A DNA stretch of 64,000 nt from a virus. The notes beneath the pieces are model-generated. The model was not told where the DNA came from. It searched no databases and saw nothing but the letters and a program-made list of their open reading frames with translations. Of this stretch, positions 58,108-64,000 are shown piece by piece (the first letter of the stretch is position 1; the number at the start of each line of letters is the position of its first letter). The DNA is taken from positions 1-64,000 of the IMG/VR virus record IMGVR_UViG_3300020438_004021; one strand, written 5' to 3'. The position numbers and the translations under genes are program-made.

Positions 58108-59070
58108 ATGAAATCATTCAAGCAATTCATATCAGAGACATACAAAGACTCAGGCATTGGTAAATGGATGAGTCAATCAGCAGGTGGTTCACCTGGTTGG
58201 GATAGATATGGTCTAGACGGTAAGAAAATTGGTAAATGTGGTGATGCCAAAGAGGGTGAGGCATATGCTGCCTGCTTGTCTCCTGCCAAGGCTAAGAAGT
58301 TGGGCAAGAAGGGGATAGCATCTTTTGTGAGAAGAAAGAGGGATGCACAGAAGAAGTCAGGTGATTCTGCCAAAGGCGGAGAAGAGAAAAAAGGTCAGAG
58401 TCCGACATATGTAAAGACTGAAGACTGGTCCGAAAAATACAAAAGAAGCATAGACTGTAATAATCCGAAAGGTTTTTCTCAGAAAGCCCATTGTGCCGGT
58501 AGGAAAAAGAAGAAAAACAACGAAGCAGTCAAGACCAGAATCGATACTGATCTAGAAGTGTTGGTGGTGCAAAACAAAGATGGTGAACCTAATACCTACT
58601 CTTCAATGGAGGATGCCAAGAAGACTGCTAAGAAGATTCAGGGCAAAGTTATTAGAGGAGTGGACGGAGAGATTATGGTTCAGGTCTTAATAGACCCCAG
58701 CATCAGAAAGCATTTGGATGAGAACAGCAAAAATCCGGGCAAAGAATATTATGAGAGAATGGCAGATAAGTTGAGAAAGGCTGGATATGACCTGAGGAAG
58801 CCTATTAATAGAAAGAAGGCATGGGATGTCATAGGCAGTATGGCAGTAAGCAGACTAGCCGATAAGGGATATATTGATATCGAAGGTGGTGAGGGTAGGC
58901 AAAAGAGAGAATCTGTTTCTGAGTCTGAGAACGAACCAACAAATCCGTCTCTGTGGAAGAAAGCATTATCTAAGGCTAAATCTAAGTTCGATGTCTATCC
59001 TTCAGCATATGCTAGTGCTTGGGCATCCAAGTGGTATAAAGAACAAGGTGGAGGTTGGAGGAAGAAATGA
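58108..59070 (+). CDS. multi-module protein with capsid-targeting-like N-terminus
   Basis: MKSFKQFISE; WSEKYKRSIDCNNPKGFSQKAHC and PTNPSLW...YPSAYA..W modules. Confidence 0.75.
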   Translation: MKSFKQFISETYKDSGIGKWMSQSAGGSPGWDRYGLDGKKIGKCGDAKEGEAYAACLSPAKAKKLGKKGIASFVRRKRDAQKKSGDSAKGGEEKKGQSPTYVKTEDWSEKYKRSIDCNNPKGFSQKAHCAGRKKKKNNEAVKTRIDTDLEVLVVQNKDGEPNTYSSMEDAKKTAKKIQGKVIRGVDGEIMVQVLIDPSIRKHLDENSKNPGKEYYERMADKLRKAGYDLRKPINRKKAWDVIGSMAVSRLADKGYIDIEGGEGRQKRESVSESENEPTNPSLWKKALSKAKSKFDVYPSAYASAWASKWYKEQGGGWRKK

Positions 59071-59273
59071 AATCATTTAGCGAGTACATATCGGAAAGAT
59101 TGAAGATTAACTACCGAAAAGGCAGGAAGTTGGTTGCTACAAAAGGGAGCAAAGAGGGGGAAACCGGCACTGTAGTGTCGATGGGTCCAAACGCTTCTTT
59201 TGTGAGCATAAAGTTAGATAAGAACGATCAGATAATCCAGCAGAATCCTAAATATTGGGAAGTTATGAAATGA
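59067..59273 (+). CDS. small protein with capsid-targeting-like N-terminus
   Basis: MKSFSEYISE; GGAGG RBS. Confidence 0.7.
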   Translation: MKSFSEYISERLKINYRKGRKLVATKGSKEGETGTVVSMGPNASFVSIKLDKNDQIIQQNPKYWEVMK

Positions 59274-60481
59274 AGTCTTACAAAGAATTTGTTACTGAAG
59301 GTAAAAATACCCATATGGAGCATCTTGAAGACGAGATGTGGAACGGTGGTTCCGTTGGTGTAAAAAATGCTCTCAACTTTGCCAGAGGTGTAGCCGAGAT
59401 GCTGTCTGGAAGCAGTAGTTCATCAGTTAATATAACAACCAAGTGGGATGGTGCACCCGCAATAATATGCGGCATAAATCCAGAGAATAAAAAATTCTTC
59501 GTGGGTACTAAGAGTGTATTCAACAAGGCAACACCAAAAATCAACTACACTAATTCGGACATAGATAAAAACCACAGTGGGGACTTGGCAAACAAACTGA
59601 AGACAGCATTAAAGCATCTATCCAAGTTAGGCATTAAAAATGTCATACAGGGAGATTTTATGTTCTCTTCTTCAGACTTAGGCAGTATGAAGGTGGATGG
59701 AGAGTCTCATATTACATTCACACCCAACACTATCACCTATGCAGTAAAAGATGGCGGTCCAATAGCAAAAGAAATTAAAAATGCTAAGATAGGGATAGTG
59801 TTTCATACCGAGTATAAAGGTAGAAAGATGTCAGAGATGACAGCATCTTTCAACCCTAATATTAAGAGATTAAGCAAGAACAAGAACGTATGGTTTAGAG
59901 ATGCAGATTATAAAGATGAGAGTGGTTCATCTACACTTACGAGTTCTGAACTCAGCTCCATAATGAAAGACATTAAATCTGCGGAGAGTAATATGTCTTC
60001 TAAAGTCTCTAAGATAATAGATGAGGTTATGTCCAACAGGAACATAATATCGCATATAAAAACATATACCAACTCTCAGATTAGGGGAGGTTCTTCCAAG
60101 GTAGACACTAAAGGTGTGGTGGGTCACATAAAAAACAAATTCCAAGATGCTATCTCCAAACTCAAGACTGATTCTGGTAAAGAGAGGAAGAAGGCGGCTA
60201 TGGATGAACTGGTTAAATACCTAGAGTCCATAAAGACGGAACTGGATTCAGCATTCGTACTTTATGGTCTGATTAGCGATATGAAGATAAAACTAATCAG
60301 GAAGTTAGAGAAAATAAAAGGCATCGGAACCTTTGTAAGGACCGATGACGGTTTCAAGGCAACCGCTCCTGAAGGATTTGTAGCAGTAGACAAGATTTCA
60401 AGCAGAGCACTGAAGCTGGTAGATAGATTAGAGTTTAGCAGGTCTAACTTCACTGTGGCGAAGAACTGGGTTAGCGGCTAG
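59270..60481 (+). CDS. conserved T4-like protein (DUF6267-like, ligase-like KxDG motif)
   Basis: MKSYKEFVTE; KNTHMEHLED, TKWDGAPA, QGD, PNTITY, EGFV and KLVDR.EFS..NF motifs. Confidence 0.75.
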   Translation: MKSYKEFVTEGKNTHMEHLEDEMWNGGSVGVKNALNFARGVAEMLSGSSSSSVNITTKWDGAPAIICGINPENKKFFVGTKSVFNKATPKINYTNSDIDKNHSGDLANKLKTALKHLSKLGIKNVIQGDFMFSSSDLGSMKVDGESHITFTPNTITYAVKDGGPIAKEIKNAKIGIVFHTEYKGRKMSEMTASFNPNIKRLSKNKNVWFRDADYKDESGSSTLTSSELSSIMKDIKSAESNMSSKVSKIIDEVMSNRNIISHIKTYTNSQIRGGSSKVDTKGVVGHIKNKFQDAISKLKTDSGKERKKAAMDELVKYLESIKTELDSAFVLYGLISDMKIKLIRKLEKIKGIGTFVRTDDGFKATAPEGFVAVDKISSRALKLVDRLEFSRSNFTVAKNWVSG

Positions 60482-60482
60482 T

Positions 60483-60490
60483 TATAAATA
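60483..60490 (+). promoter_or_regulatory. T4-type late promoter
   Basis: TATAAATA. Confidence 0.7.
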
Positions 60491-60511
60491 ATATATTGCT
60501 AGGAGACAACA

Positions 60512-61018
60512 ATGCCAACATTAAATTTGACAACACACTTTACGGTTACAATGGATGATGATGATAACCACATCATCTCCGGTGGAAGCACCAGTGCAGC
60601 AGATTCAATTACCGTAAACTACTATTATGATAAAAGATTCGAGATTGCCAACGGTGCTACCGCAGAAGTATTCAATGATGAACTTCTGGCAGATCCTCAG
60701 TTCTTATATCTAGAATCCAATGCCAGTCCAGTAGAAATTCAACTTATGTGTAGTCAGGCGGGAACGACCAGTGGTGAAAACATAGAAAATGCTTTTTGTC
60801 ACACCCTAAAGGCAGGTATACCATACATTTTGGCATCTACTTCTTGTAGACATCAAGGAGACATGGGTGCTTCTGGAGAGTCAGCAGGTATTGTTAAATA
60901 TCTTGGCGAGGTAGATGACTGGGTTAACCAGTGGGGCACTGGTGGCACACTAGACAGGATAGAGGTTTATAACCCATCAGGGGGAACCGCAAAGGTTAGA
61001 GTTTTCACAGCTAAATAA
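60512..61018 (+). CDS. hypothetical late protein
   Basis: AGGAG RBS, late promoter. Confidence 0.7.
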   Translation: MPTLNLTTHFTVTMDDDDNHIISGGSTSAADSITVNYYYDKRFEIANGATAEVFNDELLADPQFLYLESNASPVEIQLMCSQAGTTSGENIENAFCHTLKAGIPYILASTSCRHQGDMGASGESAGIVKYLGEVDDWVNQWGTGGTLDRIEVYNPSGGTAKVRVFTAK

Positions 61019-61044
61019 AAATATCATTTTAAGGAGATAAAGAA

Positions 61045-61248
61045 ATGGCTTCAAAGTTTTGGATAGCACACAACGAAGATGCAAGGGCTGCTCAGAATAG
61101 AGCATCATATGTCGCTGAGAACGGCGGTCAGTGGGTGAATCGTGGTGGTACACGAGGATGGCATCACACAAGTGGTGAACCAAAGGCTGCACCTGTTGCC
61201 AAAGAGGCAAAGGTCAAAAAAGCATTTAAGTTTAATAAAAAGAAATAA
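61045..61248 (+). CDS. hypothetical protein
   Basis: AAGGAG RBS. Confidence 0.65.
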   Translation: MASKFWIAHNEDARAAQNRASYVAENGGQWVNRGGTRGWHHTSGEPKAAPVAKEAKVKKAFKFNKKK

Positions 61249-61271
61249 TATTTATCTAAAAGGAGATTGAT

Positions 61272-61385
61272 ATGGACTCGATTTTAGGAACAATTTGGTT
61301 TTCGGTAATAGTTTTTGTGGCAGGTGCTTTAGTCGGTACACCACTTTGGAATTGGGCTAAGGGTTACCTACCTTGGAACAAGTGA
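61272..61385 (+). CDS. small single-pass membrane protein
   Basis: AAGGAG RBS; MDSILGTIWFSVIVFVAGALVG... Confidence 0.6.
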   Translation: MDSILGTIWFSVIVFVAGALVGTPLWNWAKGYLPWNK

Positions 61386-61389
61386 TATT

Positions 61390-63540
61390 TTGAATAGATA
61401 CACCCTTCCAACCAAGTCTAGGTTAAATGAGCAGGACGGTAAGGGGATAGTATTTACCTTTGGTAGATTCAATCCTCCACATACTGGTCATGAGTTGCTA
61501 ATTAATAAAGTTATGCAGGTATCCAAGAGAAAAGGGTATGATCATGGCATTTATGTTAGCACATCTCAGGGAGACGAGAGGAACCCAATACCATACGACG
61601 AGAAGGTTAGACTCCTAAGAGCAGCATTCAAGAAGAGTAATGTCGCGAAGGATAAAACCTTGAAGAATCCATTCTATGTCGCCAAAGAACTTAGCGACAA
61701 AGGATATAAGAATGTGATATTAGTGGTTGGTGGAGATAGGGTCAAAGAATTAGAAAGAAGCATGAAAAAATATGTGAACCACAGCGACCCCAATAAATCT
61801 TGGAACTTCGACTCATTTGAGGTGGTCAGTGCTGGCAGAAGAGATGCAGACGCAGATGATGTGAGCGGTATGTCTGCTTCTAAGATGAGAAAGTCGGCTA
61901 CTTCTGGAGACTTTGACACTTTCAAAAGAGGTGCACCCTCCGGAATGAAATCTAGGGACGTAAAGAAGATGTATACCTCAATTAGAAAGACGTCTGGAAT
62001 TAAAGAAGAAATTCAATCATTATTCGATGCCCTCAATCTTCTAGAAACTAGTAGGGATGACATAATGTCATTGGGTGAAGATACTTTGTCGGTAGAGGCC
62101 TTTAATTTCTTGCTAGAGCAGGACGAAGAGGATGACTCTCCTCAAGATACCCCCACTCTTGTGGTGCTATCTAAATTCGAAGAATCAGATGAATACAGCG
62201 ACACTGTAAGCAAAATAGATAAAGCATGTGACTCTTTGGACATATCATTCTTCGCTGTGTCTGTGGATGATGCCTTCATAGTAGATGAGGAAGTCTCAGA
62301 CGATGAGCTTATAATCCATAACTACGACGGAGAGAACAATAAGATAACTCTGAACACAGACAACACAGTCTGCTGGCCTAGAGGTGGGGTAATGTCTCAC
62401 CAATCTGGGATGGGTCTTCTTAGCACACTACAAGACTCTGGAGTTTTCTGTGTCAATAAGTTAAGCACGATGGAATTATGCAGGAACAAATTTGCTACCT
62501 CTACAATGTTAGACAGGAACAACATACCATCCCCAAGGACCGCACTGGTCACCAACGAAGATGCTGTGGATATTGCACTAGAGAATATAGGTGGAGAGTT
62601 CCCAGTGGTCATCAAGACCATCACTGGTGCTGAAGGAATAGGGGTATCCATTGTTGAGTCATATAAATCTCTTAAGAGTGTTTTACAGTCTCTATGGAAA
62701 TTCGATGCTGAAGTAATCATACAAGAATATATGGAAATAGAGTATGATGTCAGGACCATAGTACTAGATGGAAAAATCATAGCATGTATGAAGAGGTTGA
62801 AGGGGGATGGAGATTTCAGAACAAATAAGGCACTTGGAAATGAAACCGAACCGTATGATTTATCGGAAGAAGAAAAATCATTAGTACTAAAGACTGCCAA
62901 ATTAGTGGGTGGTTTTCTATCAGGTGTAGACCATGTTACTGTCGATGGAGAGCATATGGTGCTAGAGGTGAATACATCGCCGGGTAGCGGTGCTCAGAAG
63001 TACACAATGTATGATGAAGAAGGGGAACCATACATAGGTGTCGGACAAGATATAGTGAATGTGGTAGTAGGACACATAACGGATAAAAACAACTGGGTTT
63101 ATTCTACCAAAGAGATAGGTGAACTTGAGAAAATATATATCTATGGTGTTGGAGAACTCATATCTAAAGCCGATACTGGCAATGGAAGTTACAATTCACT
63201 TCATGCCGAAGAAATAACAATAGAAGACGATGTAGTAAGCTTCTTCACCGAGAATGATACAGAGATGGTTCTACCTCTAATCGATATGGTAACCATCAAT
63301 ATGGGGGGCGATACTGAAGAAAGACCAGTAGTCCCTCTAGACTTCAAGATGGGGGACAAGGAATATAAGTCTATACCCTTCTCTCTAACAGATAGAGACG
63401 ATATGGACTACCCCGTGTTACTGGGAAAAGAATTCTTACAAAAGGCTAGGTTCTCGGTTAACGTATCTAAGAAGTATGAACTGACAGAAGAACCGTTTTG
63501 CGACTGGTTTGCATGGCAGAAAAGAAACTTAAGCCCTTAG
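61390..63540 (+). CDS. cytidyltransferase-like + RimK-like ATP-grasp + retropepsin-like protease fusion
   Basis: FGRFNPPHTGH; PVVIK...G..G.GV, IIQEY, DVR, FRTN, LEVN.SPG; AKADTG...LLG. Confidence 0.82.
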   Translation: MNRYTLPTKSRLNEQDGKGIVFTFGRFNPPHTGHELLINKVMQVSKRKGYDHGIYVSTSQGDERNPIPYDEKVRLLRAAFKKSNVAKDKTLKNPFYVAKELSDKGYKNVILVVGGDRVKELERSMKKYVNHSDPNKSWNFDSFEVVSAGRRDADADDVSGMSASKMRKSATSGDFDTFKRGAPSGMKSRDVKKMYTSIRKTSGIKEEIQSLFDALNLLETSRDDIMSLGEDTLSVEAFNFLLEQDEEDDSPQDTPTLVVLSKFEESDEYSDTVSKIDKACDSLDISFFAVSVDDAFIVDEEVSDDELIIHNYDGENNKITLNTDNTVCWPRGGVMSHQSGMGLLSTLQDSGVFCVNKLSTMELCRNKFATSTMLDRNNIPSPRTALVTNEDAVDIALENIGGEFPVVIKTITGAEGIGVSIVESYKSLKSVLQSLWKFDAEVIIQEYMEIEYDVRTIVLDGKIIACMKRLKGDGDFRTNKALGNETEPYDLSEEEKSLVLKTAKLVGGFLSGVDHVTVDGEHMVLEVNTSPGSGAQKYTMYDEEGEPYIGVGQDIVNVVVGHITDKNNWVYSTKEIGELEKIYIYGVGELISKADTGNGSYNSLHAEEITIEDDVVSFFTENDTEMVLPLIDMVTINMGGDTEERPVVPLDFKMGDKEYKSIPFSLTDRDDMDYPVLLGKEFLQKARFSVNVSKKYELTEEPFCDWFAWQKRNLSP

Positions 63541-63543
63541 AGA

Positions 63544-63551
63544 TATAAATA
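63544..63551 (+). promoter_or_regulatory. T4-type late promoter
   Basis: TATAAATA. Confidence 0.7.
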
Positions 63552-63594
63552 ATTTCAGAACCTTTCCTCAAAGAGAACAGATATGGAGAAGAAA

Positions 63595-64000
63595 ATGAAA
63601 ACTTTCAATGAACTAAAAGAATCGATAGCGGCTGTAGTGCCTAGAGCATATCATGCCATGACAGCAGTGCCTCAAGAGACAGACAAGAATTTCTCTGACA
63701 CTAGAGACCCCGAGATAGTAGATAGGATTAATGTTGCACTATCGCACATCAATAAACTGCCTACCTCGGACCCTCGTTCTAGAATTAACGAGATTAAGGT
63801 GATTTTGAGTCACGCGGGTATAGATTTCGACCATACTAGTGTGCAGTTCCAAGAAGGTGTACCAATGGCAGTGCCAGTGAAGAAATTCGGCGGTCGCATC
63901 GGAATGACACCAGAAGACGGATACATCAACGACGATGGCTTTGGTGGGATGCCCCACCAGCTTACCTTTAACTGGTCCAAGAGCAGTGGTTCTTGGATGC
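63595..64000 (+). CDS. partial late gene with capsid-targeting-like N-terminus (runs off the window)
   Basis: GGAG RBS; MKTFNELKES; open to the window end. Confidence 0.65.
   Translation, partial: MKTFNELKESIAAVVPRAYHAMTAVPQETDKNFSDTRDPEIVDRINVALSHINKLPTSDPRSRINEIKVILSHAGIDFDHTSVQFQEGVPMAVPVKKFGGRIGMTPEDGYINDDGFGGMPHQLTFNWSKSSGSWM

Overview
This 64 kb window is a fragment of a large T4-like (Tevenvirinae-related) myophage genome, and nearly every gene is on the + strand. It carries the T4 replication and late-transcription core: gp55, gp47, gp46, RNase H, gp45, gp44, gp62, regA, gp43, uvsX, gp41, gp61, thyX and a class II RNR. Accessory content includes a ~13 kb sugar-nucleotide/glycosyltransferase island, three tRNAs for AT-rich codons, and auxiliary metabolic genes (purB, guaB, add, glnII, pstS, hsp20). 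It also encodes a porin that resembles Phycisphaerales (Planctomycetota) porins, which hints at the host. At 51-64 kb there is an array of genes that begin with a T4-type capsid-targeting sequence (MKSFxQ[FY]IxE). The most striking item is a structured transcription unit at ~50.63-50.93 kb, between a late promoter and a terminator. Its two arms are antisense to the conserved 23S rRNA H69-H71 region, and its own hairpin stands where H71 would be. It is a candidate phage ribosome-targeting antisense RNA. All family assignments come from motif recognition by eye; no searches were run.
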